Under the pieces are notes generated by a model. The model had not been told where the DNA came from. It did not search any database and saw only the letters and a program-made list of their open reading frames with translations. A stretch of DNA of 64,000 nucleotides from Acidimicrobiaceae bacterium (GTDB lineage: Bacteria; Actinomycetota; Acidimicrobiia; Acidimicrobiales; Palsa-688): the NCBI GenBank assembly GCA_027391075.1, contig DAHYHI010000079.1:1-64000 (forward strand), written 5' to 3'. Of this stretch, positions 37,354 to 46,402 are shown in pieces (positions within the stretch are counted from its first letter, which is position 1; every line of letters begins with the position of its first letter). The position numbers were made by a program, and so were the translations under genes.

Positions 37354-37833
37354 TCAGGGCCGGCTGATCCGGGCGACCTTCGCATTCGTCGCCTTTATGA
37401 GGTCCGCCGGTGAAACCTCAAGTTCGAGGCCGCGCTTCCCGGCGCTCACGTATACGGTGGCCCAGCTCAGGGAGGTCTCGTCTACGATCGTCGGCAGCTT
37501 GCGCTTTTGGCCGATTGGGCTCACCCCGCCTACCACGTAGCCGCTCGAACGTTCAGCTGCGGCACGCTCTGCCATACGGACGCTCTTAGCGTCGAGGGCG
37601 CTCGCCGCTCGACGCAAGTCGAGCTGGTGCGCTACGGGCACCACGGCGCAGGCGAGGCGGGTGTCCGCTTCGACGATCAGGGTTTTGAACACCCTTAGCG
37701 GGTCGACGTCCAAGGCCGCTACCACCTCGTCGCCGTAGGACTCGCAGTCCGGGTCGTGACGGTAGCTGTGAAGCTCGAACTGCAAGCCCGCTGTCGCCAG
37801 GGCACGCACTGCTGGGGTGGGGCCGTTAGGCAT
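37354..37833 (-). CDS. ybaK: YbaK/EbsC-family aminoacyl-tRNA deacylase (Cys-tRNA(Pro) deacylase-like)
   Basis: 159 aa; YbaK/ProX deacylase pattern. Confidence 0.7.
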   Translation of the reverse strand: MPNGPTPAVRALATAGLQFELHSYRHDPDCESYGDEVVAALDVDPLRVFKTLIVEADTRLACAVVPVAHQLDLRRAASALDAKSVRMAERAAAERSSGYVVGGVSPIGQKRKLPTIVDETSLSWATVYVSAGKRGLELEVSPADLIKATNAKVARISRP

Positions 37834-38368
37834 CCGTCGCAGGATCCGGATCGGCTGCGACAGAAGCGTCCTGGCCCCGGGCAGTGTCGGCGAGCGCGGC
37901 GGCGAAGGCTTCCAGGCGACTGGCTAGGTCGGTGTCGGCGAGCGCCAGGATCCTCGCCGCGAGAAGCCCGGCGTTGCGGGCGTTTCCTACTCCGACGGTT
38001 GCGACCGGCACACCCGCGGGCATCTGGACTATCGACAGGAGGGAGTCCATCCCGTCGAGGTAGCGCAACGGGACCGGTACCCCGATCACCGGCAGGCGTG
38101 TGACAGATGCGAGCATCCCTGGGAGGTGAGCCGCTCCTCCGGCCCCGGCGACTATCACCTGCACCCCCCGGTCGGCTGCGCCCTGACCGTAGGCGATCAT
38201 GTCGGCGGGGGTCCTGTGCGCGGAGATCACTCTCAGCGCCGCGGGCACCTGAAGGTCCCTGAGAACCAACACGGCCGGTCTCATCACCTCCAGGTCCGAG
38301 GCGCTGCCCATCACGACTTCTACGGGGGCGGCTCCGGTTGGCCGCGGCGCACTTGACACCGCGGCCAT
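37826..38368 (-). CDS. purE: N5-carboxyaminoimidazole ribonucleotide mutase
   Basis: C-terminal 180 aa of a longer ORF: MGSASDLEVM...SAHRTP...AGAGGAAHLPGM...PVIGVPV...DSLLSIVQMPAGVP; the upstream ORF extension is antisense to purK. Confidence 0.8.
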   Translation of the reverse strand: MAAVSSAPRPTGAAPVEVVMGSASDLEVMRPAVLVLRDLQVPAALRVISAHRTPADMIAYGQGAADRGVQVIVAGAGGAAHLPGMLASVTRLPVIGVPVPLRYLDGMDSLLSIVQMPAGVPVATVGVGNARNAGLLAARILALADTDLASRLEAFAAALADTARGQDASVAADPDPATDA

Positions 38369-38389
38369 ATTACGGGGAACATCGCGGTC

Positions 38390-39553
38390 GTGGCGCAGGC
38401 GAAGCTCGAAGGTCGCTTCCAGGCCCCCGTAGTAGGAATGGTCGGCGCCGGCCAACTTGCCCGGATGACCCACCAGGCTGCTGTCGACCTGGGCGTCGAA
38501 CTGGTCGTCCTGGCGAGGCGCAAGGACGATCCGGCGGTCTCCGCAGGAGCGCAGACTCTCTACGGTGAGCCCGACGATCCTGGCGCCTTGGCGGCACTGG
38601 CGCGGCGCTCGGACGTGGTGACCTTCGACCACGAAGGGGTACCCTACGAGCGGGTGGCAGCGCTCGAGGCTGCCGGCTGGAGAGTCGAGCCGGGCTCGGA
38701 CGCCCAGCTGTTCGCCCAGGACAAACTGGTTGCCCGGGAGCGTTTCGCGGCTCAGGGACTCCCCGTGCCGTCCTTCGCCCCGGTAGGAGCCGGCGGGCAC
38801 GACGATATCGTCACCTTCGGAGACCGCCACGGCTGGCCGGTGGTGGTCAAGGCCCGCAGCGGCGGCTACGACGGTCGGGCCGTGGTAGTCGTCGACGGCC
38901 CCGCCCAGTCGAAGGCGGCCGTCGCCACGCTGGGGACGACCGGCTTGCTCGTAGAGGAGCACGTGGACATAGCCGTCGAGGTGGCGCTGGTAGCGGCGCG
39001 CAGCCGCAACGGCGAATACGTGGCGTACCCGCTCGTGTCGACCCTGCAGGCTGAAGGCATTTGCACCGAGCTGGTCATGCCCGCCCAGATCAGCCCGGAG
39101 CTCTCCGATAGGGCCGGCGACCTGGCCAGGGCGGTCGCTGAGACTGTCGACGCAACCGGGATAATCGCCGTGGAGCTGTTCATCGACACGAGCGGCGACG
39201 TTTTGATCAACGAGATCGCTCTGCGACCTCACAACTCTGGCCACGCCACGATAGAAGCCTGCGTGACGTCTCAGTTCCACAACCACCTGAGAGCCGTCCT
39301 CGGGTGGCCGCTCGGGGATGCCTCGCTGGTCGCTCCGGCTGCGGCCATGGTGAACGTGTTGGGTCCCGACGACGGGAGCGACCCTCGCGGGAGGCTCGAG
39401 GAGGCTTTGTCGGTGCGCTCCGCAAGCGTCCACCTGTACTCCAAGGCGCCCTCTCCGGGCAGGAAACTGGGCCACGTCACAGCGCTAGGGGAGACACCCT
39501 CTCAAGCTTTGAGCGTTGCCCGACGCTGCGCTTCCGTACTCTCAGGCGGTTAG
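38390..39553 (+). CDS. purK: N5-carboxyaminoimidazole ribonucleotide synthetase (ATP-grasp)
   Basis: 387 aa; N-terminal VGMVGAGQLARM and ATP-grasp body. Confidence 0.85.
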   Translation: MAQAKLEGRFQAPVVGMVGAGQLARMTHQAAVDLGVELVVLARRKDDPAVSAGAQTLYGEPDDPGALAALARRSDVVTFDHEGVPYERVAALEAAGWRVEPGSDAQLFAQDKLVARERFAAQGLPVPSFAPVGAGGHDDIVTFGDRHGWPVVVKARSGGYDGRAVVVVDGPAQSKAAVATLGTTGLLVEEHVDIAVEVALVAARSRNGEYVAYPLVSTLQAEGICTELVMPAQISPELSDRAGDLARAVAETVDATGIIAVELFIDTSGDVLINEIALRPHNSGHATIEACVTSQFHNHLRAVLGWPLGDASLVAPAAAMVNVLGPDDGSDPRGRLEEALSVRSASVHLYSKAPSPGRKLGHVTALGETPSQALSVARRCASVLSGG

Positions 39554-39595
39554 CCGCCGCGCCGGCATTGCGAAATCCTGCGCCGGCGCGCAAGT

Positions 39596-40453
39596 ATGGG
39601 GATCGACACAGGGAGGTTCATGGTGACATCACAGTCGCTGCAAGTTCAGGCGTCCGCGGGCTCGGACAACGGGGATGGCGCCGGTGGCCCTGCCCGGCTG
39701 AGCATGGCGAAACCGCCGGTCTTCACCTCGGCGGACCAGGAGAGACGCCACCGCAAGGAGCGCCTCGCGGGAGCGCTGAGGATCTTCGGTCGTTTCGGCT
39801 TTTCAGAAGGCGTAGCGGGCCACATAACCGCACGGGACCCGGAGCTCACAGACCACTTCTGGGTGAACCCGTTCGGAATGAACTTCCGCCACGTCAAGGT
39901 TTCGGACCTTATCCTCGTCAACCACAGGGGCGAAGTCGTCGAAGGAAACCGGCCGGTCAACCGTGCTGCGTTCGTCATCCACTCCGCCGTGCACCAGGCG
40001 AGACCCGACGTGGTAGCCGCCGCCCACGCCCATTCGATCTACGGTAAGGCCTGGTCAGCCCTGGGTCGCCCGCTCGACCCGATAACCCAGGACGCCTGCG
40101 TTTTCTACACCGACCACGTCGTGGTTACCGAGGGCGGCGGAGCGATCGTGCTCGACGAGACCGCCGGCAAGGCCCTCGCCGCGGGTCTCGGTCCGCACAA
40201 GGCTGCGATACACCGCAACCACGGGTTGTTCACCGTCGGCCACTCCGTCGACGAGGCCGCCTGGTGGTTCGTCACCATGGAGCGCTCCTGCCAGGCCCAG
40301 ATCCTCGCCGAGTCGGTCGGCAAGCCGCACCTCATCGATCCCGACGACGCTCGCTACACGTTCGAACGGACGGGCTTCCACGAGGCAGGTTGGTTCAGCT
40401 TCCAACCCCTGTGGGACGACATAGCACTGAGCGACCCTGACCTGTTCGACTAG
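39596..40453 (+). CDS. class II aldolase/adducin-family protein
   Basis: Aldolase_II metal-binding His pattern (AAAHAHSIYG ... HGLFTVG); likely start at the internal Met MAKPPVF. Confidence 0.7.
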   Translation: MGIDTGRFMVTSQSLQVQASAGSDNGDGAGGPARLSMAKPPVFTSADQERRHRKERLAGALRIFGRFGFSEGVAGHITARDPELTDHFWVNPFGMNFRHVKVSDLILVNHRGEVVEGNRPVNRAAFVIHSAVHQARPDVVAAAHAHSIYGKAWSALGRPLDPITQDACVFYTDHVVVTEGGGAIVLDETAGKALAAGLGPHKAAIHRNHGLFTVGHSVDEAAWWFVTMERSCQAQILAESVGKPHLIDPDDARYTFERTGFHEAGWFSFQPLWDDIALSDPDLFD

Positions 40454-40560
40454 TCGGCGACGAGAGGAGCCGGCACAAAAGTCGAAGTGACATTGGTCAT
40501 AGGACTTTTAGGGTCCTTCGACCCTACGAAACCTAAGAGAATGCTTATAGGGTCAGGCTC

Positions 40561-41487
40561 ATGCTCGCATCGGTGATCAACCTCGACAAACCCGCCTATT
40601 ACTTCCACTGGGGTGTCGTCTACATCTCCCTCGCCAACTTCCTGGCGGTCGTGGCGATGCTGCTGATCTTCGTGTTGGCGCTGGTCTTACCCTTCGTGCA
40701 CACCCGGAACAAGCTCAAGGCGCAGGCCGGCGCTCAGCCGGTCGCCACGGGCTACCAGCCGCAAACATCGCCACCCGCCGGTGACCCCACGCTTTGGACT
40801 GCGCGAGTGCGGCGGGTTTGGATGAAGAAGCTTCCTCCGGAGAAGATGCTTCCCGACAGCCAACCGGCTTACGTAGCGTCGTGGATCTACGTCTTTGGGG
40901 TCCTGACCCTCGCCGGGTTCGTTCTTACCGTCGTCAGTGGTCTCGTGCTGGCCCTCGAAGGTCCAATCTGGTGGCACACCAGCAGCGTGGGGCACTTCTT
41001 CAACTCCCTTCACTTGTGGAGCGTCGAGACCTTCATGGGCTTCATGGCAATCCACCTGTGGGGGAAGTTCTGGATGGCCTCGTGGCGAGGCCGGAGAGCT
41101 CTCACGTGGATCACCGGGGTGCTCGCTTTCATCGTTTCCATCTTCGAGGGCTTCACCGGCTATCTGTCGCAGACCAACTTCGACTCGCAGTGGATCGCGT
41201 TCCAGTCGAAGGACGCGATGAACTCTGCCGGCATCGGAGCCTTCTTCAACACGATGAACTTCGGGCAGGCGTTCATGCTCCACATCGCGCTCGTGCCGCT
41301 TTTCTTGGTGGCGATAATCGCCTTGCACATCGTGATGGTCCGACTGCGGGGTGTCGTCCATCCCATCGACGCAGACCCGGACCACCTCGGTCCGCCTGAT
41401 GGCGGCTATCAGTCCCAAGACGGGACCGCTCCGTCTGAGACCGGGTCCACCTTCGCCACTTCTCCCGCATCGGAGGTCCTGCAATGA
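40561..41487 (+). CDS. cytochrome b6-type di-haem membrane protein (cytochrome b N-terminal domain only) with an extra N-terminal helix
   Basis: 308 aa; collinear with cyt b6 (HLWSVETFMGFMAIHLW helix B with 13 residues between the His; HIALVPLFLVAIIALH helix D with 14 residues between the His, the b6-type spacing; TGY motif). Confidence 0.75.
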   Translation: MLASVINLDKPAYYFHWGVVYISLANFLAVVAMLLIFVLALVLPFVHTRNKLKAQAGAQPVATGYQPQTSPPAGDPTLWTARVRRVWMKKLPPEKMLPDSQPAYVASWIYVFGVLTLAGFVLTVVSGLVLALEGPIWWHTSSVGHFFNSLHLWSVETFMGFMAIHLWGKFWMASWRGRRALTWITGVLAFIVSIFEGFTGYLSQTNFDSQWIAFQSKDAMNSAGIGAFFNTMNFGQAFMLHIALVPLFLVAIIALHIVMVRLRGVVHPIDADPDHLGPPDGGYQSQDGTAPSETGSTFATSPASEVLQ

Positions 41488-42539
41488 CCGCTGCCAACCC
41501 TTCGGAGTCGAGAATTCACGATTCGGGGACCCGAGCCCGCAAGTCTCGCCGGACTCGGGATTTCGACCGGCAGTCCTGGCGTGGCCCGGTCCGCCGCTAC
41601 GACATCCTGAAAGAGGGAACGATAGCGGTCGTGGTCGTCACGGTTCTCGTGGTTGTCCTGGCGGTCCTCTTCTCGTCTCCGGACGTCAAGGCCGTCACGT
41701 TGCAATCCTGGGCGTCGGCGCAGCCACAAGGCTTCGTCGAGACCGCTCTGAGCGAGCTCGACGGGACGAGCAGCAGCGCCTCGTACGGACCACCCTACAA
41801 CAACCAGTCAGGCTCGGTCCAAGACCTTTGGGGGGTGTCCATCCAAAACACCATCGGAGTGACAGACCCCCTCAATCCAGCTCAAGCCTTCGTCCTCGAT
41901 CCGCTGTCCACCGTCAGCGGCGAGCCCGCCCTGACAGCCGCGCTGCAGCGCTACAACACGGCGAGCGCCTCGCAGCAGGCGGCGTGGCTGGCTGCATACG
42001 GCAAGGCCCTCGACAAAGCGAAAGTGCAGTCCGACCAGCTTGTGGTGCCCCCAGCCAGCGACGGTCCCGTCCCGGAGATGCTCACCTCGTTCCTGGCGAT
42101 GGCCCGCTCCGGCGGCTTGGACGCCGCTTTGGTGGCGCAGTCTTCCTTCTACACGACGAACTACACCAACCCAATCATGTTCCTAGGGGATTCCTACACG
42201 GCCCACCCGAACTCCAGCTACGTGGCCAAGATCGTCAACGCCCAGCACATGGCCGGTTCGCAGTGGGGCGTCATGAACGAGACCGGCTCATGGCCCGGCC
42301 AGCCGTGGCTGTGGCTGTACAGCTTCTGGTACCAGGTCAACCCGATGTCGAGCTCAGGTAACGCCGACGTGGAGGTGATCGCCATCATGGGAGTACTCAC
42401 GATCCTCCTGGCGCTGGTGCCTTTCATCCCGGGCTTGCGTGACATTCCGCGCAAGATCCCCGTCCACAGGCTGATCTGGAAGGACTACTACCGTTCGAAC
42501 AAGCCTGGCGGTGCTCCCGGCGCCGACGCGACGACTTAG
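41484..42539 (+). CDS. bitopic membrane protein of unknown function, translationally coupled to the cytochrome b6-like gene
   Basis: 351 aa; N-terminal TM (IAVVVVTVLVVVLAVLF), about 260-aa Cys-free extracytoplasmic domain, C-terminal TM (VIAIMGVLTILLALVPFIPGL); ATGA overlap with upstream gene. Confidence 0.6.
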   Translation: MTAANPSESRIHDSGTRARKSRRTRDFDRQSWRGPVRRYDILKEGTIAVVVVTVLVVVLAVLFSSPDVKAVTLQSWASAQPQGFVETALSELDGTSSSASYGPPYNNQSGSVQDLWGVSIQNTIGVTDPLNPAQAFVLDPLSTVSGEPALTAALQRYNTASASQQAAWLAAYGKALDKAKVQSDQLVVPPASDGPVPEMLTSFLAMARSGGLDAALVAQSSFYTTNYTNPIMFLGDSYTAHPNSSYVAKIVNAQHMAGSQWGVMNETGSWPGQPWLWLYSFWYQVNPMSSSGNADVEVIAIMGVLTILLALVPFIPGLRDIPRKIPVHRLIWKDYYRSNKPGGAPGADATT

Positions 42540-42616
42540 TCGGCGGTTCCTGGGACCGGTTATGGCGAGGCCCCCGGGGGAGTATCCCCGGGGGCCTCGC
42601 CATGTCTTTAGGCGAC

Positions 42617-43141
42617 TTAGGCGGCTGGCGTCGCTGGCGCAGTCGGGGCGTTCGGAGCGGGGCTGGTCGCAGACTTCTGCGCTATGCGTAGGGCGTTACC
42701 ATTCTCCGATATCACGGTCGCTCTGGCTCCGGTGGTTATCGAGGAGGCACCCGAGATGCCGGTGAACTTCGTCGATGAGGTGATCGCTTCGGTCACCTGG
42801 CTTCCGTCGGGTAGCGAAACCTGGATCGACGTGCTGCTGGCCGACAGCACCTTGCCTCGGTCGAGCTCCACCGTCACCCACTTTCCTTTCCCCTTTCCTT
42901 TCACTTCGATGGTTGCGTGGTCAGTCCGCTCAAGGAGAGTTCTGCGACCGTGGGTTTTGGGGGTATGGGTCGAGCTCGTCGGCTGCGACGACACGGCGAG
43001 GTTGACCGGGGCGGAGCCAGCCGAGGCGCTCGCCGCCGACGGAGCGGTGAGCGCGTAGGCACCGAAGCCGGCTCCGACCGACGCGAGTGCCGCCACCGCC
43101 CCTGCTGCCACCTTACGCCGTGTGTTGATTAGGACAGACAT
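42617..43141 (-). CDS. secreted hypothetical protein with KGKGKGK low-complexity insert
   Basis: 174 aa; signal peptide (AAGAVAALASVGAGFGAYALTAPSAASA); Ser/Thr/Ala-rich. Confidence 0.5.
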   Translation of the reverse strand: MSVLINTRRKVAAGAVAALASVGAGFGAYALTAPSAASASAGSAPVNLAVSSQPTSSTHTPKTHGRRTLLERTDHATIEVKGKGKGKWVTVELDRGKVLSASSTSIQVSLPDGSQVTEAITSSTKFTGISGASSITTGARATVISENGNALRIAQKSATSPAPNAPTAPATPAA

Positions 43142-43231
43142 GGGATGCTCCTTTCGGGCCTGGTTAGCCGCCAGGCTTTTGCTTTGTCGACTATCAGTAT
43201 CGGGAGCTCGTGTGATGGTGGTATCCGGAGA

Positions 43232-44779
43232 CTATGAGGGTTCTGTTAAGGCTGTCGGCGTCGCAGCAGAGACATCGCCGGCTCCGCCAGAGCGGTTGCG
43301 GCCTGCGCCTGGGTTGCGTTCCTCTTCGGGGGGATGGTCCTTGAACAGCTGCCACCACAGCCCGGCGTTTACGAGCTGCAGCGCAGCTGCCACCTCGAAG
43401 GGGAGGTTAAGGCTGATCTCGTCGAAGAGGTAGCCGGTGAGAAGAGGGCTCGACGACATCGCCAGCTGGCTGGGCAGGTTGGAGATCGCCGCTACGGCGG
43501 CACGCTCGTCTGGTTCTGCGAGGCCGAGGGTGTAGGACTGGCGCAGCGGAAGCGAGATCCTCTGGGTGACCATCCGCACTAGGTACACGGCGCCGGCCAG
43601 CTCGAAGTTGGGTGCGAGGACCATCGGTACGACAAGGAGCCCCTGGGCTGCGCGCATCACGGCGGACGTGCGCACAAGACCGTAACGGCGCGCCAAGCCC
43701 GAGGCAGACAGGCTGGAAGCCATGGTGAGCGCGTTGACGACCGAGTAGAGGACTCCCACCTCGGCAGCTCCTACCCCGTAGCGTCTGAAGAACCAGTAGG
43801 TGAGGAAGGGTCCGAGCATCCCGACGGCGGCCCCGTTGAAACTGTTGGTGATCCACAGTCGGTACACCAGCCATCCCGAGCGACGCGGCCAGTGCAGGTG
43901 GTGCTGGCCGGCTTTGCGAAGGGGCCGGGCGGGCTCGTCGAGACCGACGGCGATGAGTCCCGCAAGGCTAGAGACGACGGCTATCGCTACGAACGAGGCA
44001 CGGAAGGTGACGGTCGCCGCCGCTGCGTGCACGTGACTGGACGTGACGAGCAAAGCGAGAAGCCCGCCGGCGGTCGCTCCCCCAGAAGAAGCAAAGGCCA
44101 AGCGCCCGAACATCGAGTTTCGATGCTCGGGGGCGATGTTGTCGGTGGCGAACGCCGATTCTGCTGGCTGGTACGGGCCGACGGCGCCTGCACCTGCTCC
44201 GGCGCCGCGGCCGAAGCTTCCAAGGGCCCCTGCGAGGAACAGGACGGGGTGTATCGCCGTGATGGCGTACACGACAGCGGCTGCGGCAGTGAGAAGTGGC
44301 AGGCCCACCATGAAAGGCTTGCGGCCGATACGGTCAGCGCTCGCGCCGATGAGAGCTGACATCGCTGCAGACGCAAGAGACACTACGACCACGTAGAGCG
44401 AAATCTCGAGAGCGCTGAAACCCTCAAGAGCCAGGTAGATCGGCGTGACCACTCCAGCGAGCGCACGGCCGCAGCTCATGGCGACCCTGGCGACGAAGAT
44501 CAGGTCGAAGTTATGGTTCGTCCAAGCCGGGCGGATGCTCGGCGCGAACCGGCCCAACCGGCGACTGGGTGTTGTCTCGCTTTCCAAGTTATTTACCCTT
44601 GCTAAATTATCACCTGGGGAGATTGTACGGGCCCCGACGCAACACGCGCCGGCCGGGTTCGTGCAGCCGGCTGGGTTGGGTGTATCGGGTGATCTGGATG
44701 CTAGGAATGGGCCATGGTGAAGCTGTTGGGCGAGAGGCCCGTGGAAGGTTCGACCCCTGACTCCCTGCTGGCGTTGCAC
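43232..44779 (-). CDS. MFS transporter (start probably internal, near 44558)
   Basis: 12-TM MFS with motif A (SADRIGRKP); the first about 75 aa of the ORF are non-TM and overlap the opposite-strand methyltransferase start, so the true start is likely downstream (TTG or other). Confidence 0.7.
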   Translation of the reverse strand: MQRQQGVRGRTFHGPLAQQLHHGPFLASRSPDTPNPAGCTNPAGACCVGARTISPGDNLARVNNLESETTPSRRLGRFAPSIRPAWTNHNFDLIFVARVAMSCGRALAGVVTPIYLALEGFSALEISLYVVVVSLASAAMSALIGASADRIGRKPFMVGLPLLTAAAAVVYAITAIHPVLFLAGALGSFGRGAGAGAGAVGPYQPAESAFATDNIAPEHRNSMFGRLAFASSGGATAGGLLALLVTSSHVHAAAATVTFRASFVAIAVVSSLAGLIAVGLDEPARPLRKAGQHHLHWPRRSGWLVYRLWITNSFNGAAVGMLGPFLTYWFFRRYGVGAAEVGVLYSVVNALTMASSLSASGLARRYGLVRTSAVMRAAQGLLVVPMVLAPNFELAGAVYLVRMVTQRISLPLRQSYTLGLAEPDERAAVAAISNLPSQLAMSSSPLLTGYLFDEISLNLPFEVAAALQLVNAGLWWQLFKDHPPEEERNPGAGRNRSGGAGDVSAATPTALTEPS

Positions 44780-45526
44780 GCCGCCGGATACAGGGAGGTT
44801 CGCTCCAGGCTTGGCGACGGTATGATCCTCGACGCGGGCTGCGGGCTCGGGTTCGAAACGGTGTCGCTAGGCGGTCACGGCCGGACGGTAGTTGGCTTCG
44901 ACTACGACGCAGCGACCGCTGCGCAGGCCGGTTCCACTTTCGCTCGCGACGGCCTAAAGGTCGCCTGCTGCGACGCTGTGTCCACGTGCTTTCGCGATGG
45001 GAGCTTCGACTTCGTGTGCTCGTCGCATCTAATAGAGCACTTCAGGCGCCCCGAGCTACATGTAGCCGAGTTGGCGAGGATCCTGGGCAGGGATGGCAGC
45101 GCAATGATCCTCACGCCGAACAGGACTGCTGACTTCGAGAACCCATACCACCTACACCTATTCGACCGGGCTGAGCTGACTGAGACGCTTCGGGCCTTCT
45201 TCGAAGAGGTGTGGGTCGGCGGCCTGGACGGCTCGGATGCGGTGAAAGCCGATTTCGCCTCCCGGCGTCGAAGGGCTGAAAAGGTCCTCCGACTCGACTT
45301 CCTCGGACTGCGAAAGCGCATCCCGCACCGCTGGTACACGACCATCTACTCGGCTGCCCTGCCTCTGGTCTATCGCCTCATGGCTCGTAACGACAGCGGG
45401 GGAGCGACAGGGATTACAGCCGACGAGTTCAATGTGACCACCGACGTAGACGACACAACGCTGGTTCTCTTCGCTATTTGCAGCTCCCCGAGGCCATCGA
45501 AGAGAGCCCCAGAACCTCAACTCTAA
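44714..45526 (+). CDS. class I SAM-dependent methyltransferase (Methyltransf_11-like)
   Basis: 270 aa; SAM motif I ILDAGCGLGFET; acidic post-I residue. Confidence 0.75.
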   Translation: MVKLLGERPVEGSTPDSLLALHAAGYREVRSRLGDGMILDAGCGLGFETVSLGGHGRTVVGFDYDAATAAQAGSTFARDGLKVACCDAVSTCFRDGSFDFVCSSHLIEHFRRPELHVAELARILGRDGSAMILTPNRTADFENPYHLHLFDRAELTETLRAFFEEVWVGGLDGSDAVKADFASRRRRAEKVLRLDFLGLRKRIPHRWYTTIYSAALPLVYRLMARNDSGGATGITADEFNVTTDVDDTTLVLFAICSSPRPSKRAPEPQL

Positions 45527-45541
45527 ACTTCAACTGCAAGG

Positions 45542-46399
45542 TTAGGGTTGAGGGTTATAGTGTGCCGGGTCACTGGCGGCTGGGAGCTTCCTTATGAGAT
45601 CGGCCACGATACCCGGGTGTGTCAGGTGCGCTCCGTGGCCGGTTCCGGGCACGCAGACTAGGTTGCCGTCGGGGAGGGCTTCGGCGAGGGCGTGGGCAGC
45701 GTCGCGCTGGTGGGCTCTGGAGTCACCTCCGTAGCCGACGGTGACCGGGACCTCTATAGCAGTCGCGTCGAAGACCGGCCCGTGTGAGAGATAGGCGAAG
45801 TCGGTTTGCAAGGTGACCCCTTCCGAGCGTCGAGCGGCGCGGGTAGCCGCCGGGAGCCTCTCCCACAGCTTGTCGCCGACCATGCGCCTCATGAACCACT
45901 CGGCGCGATCCTCGGGCGCTAGATCCCCCGCCGCCCCCCGGGAGGCTGTGTCGTCGGGCCAGAATGGCATCCACGGCATCGGGGCCTCCCAGATCAGGGC
46001 GGCACTGAAAACCCGGGGGTGGCTTTGTAGGGCCGCAAGGACAATGTCGCCACCGAGACTGTGGCCAAAGGCCACGACTGGACCCGGACCAGCGAGGTCG
46101 ACGAGGTCCTCCACTTGCGCAGCGAATGATTCGGGGGCCGCCAGACCGGCCGAATGCCCGTAACCGCGCCGGTCGTATGCGACCGCCTCCCACTCGGGGA
46201 GCTTGGCGATCAGCCGGGTGAAGCTCGTGGCTCGATCCATCGCTCCGTGCACCATTACCACGGTCCCGGCCGCGGTGTGGCCATCGCGCGCCGGGCGGCG
46301 CACGATGCGCATTCCCGCGAGCGGTTGCGCAGCCCGACGGTGGTTATCGGCGCGTCCCTCGGTCGAATGTTTTGGGCCCGTCGGCTCTGGAAGGCTCAC
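45542..46399 (-). CDS. alpha/beta-fold hydrolase
   Basis: 285 aa; HG oxyanion pair (VVMVHGAMD) and nucleophile elbow GHSLGG. Confidence 0.75.
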   Translation of the reverse strand: MSLPEPTGPKHSTEGRADNHRRAAQPLAGMRIVRRPARDGHTAAGTVVMVHGAMDRATSFTRLIAKLPEWEAVAYDRRGYGHSAGLAAPESFAAQVEDLVDLAGPGPVVAFGHSLGGDIVLAALQSHPRVFSAALIWEAPMPWMPFWPDDTASRGAAGDLAPEDRAEWFMRRMVGDKLWERLPAATRAARRSEGVTLQTDFAYLSHGPVFDATAIEVPVTVGYGGDSRAHQRDAAHALAEALPDGNLVCVPGTGHGAHLTHPGIVADLIRKLPAASDPAHYNPQP

Positions 46400-46402
46400 C
46401 AG

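Noticed and set aside
37826-39475. 549-aa minus-strand ORF spanning purE and the purK region
   Set aside because: Only the C-terminal 180 aa (purE) show protein-like sequence; the upstream 370 aa are antisense to a convincing purK and are Arg/Gly-rich noise.
40687-41484. 265-aa minus-strand ORF
   Set aside because: Antisense to the cytochrome b6-like gene, which has strong family-specific motifs.
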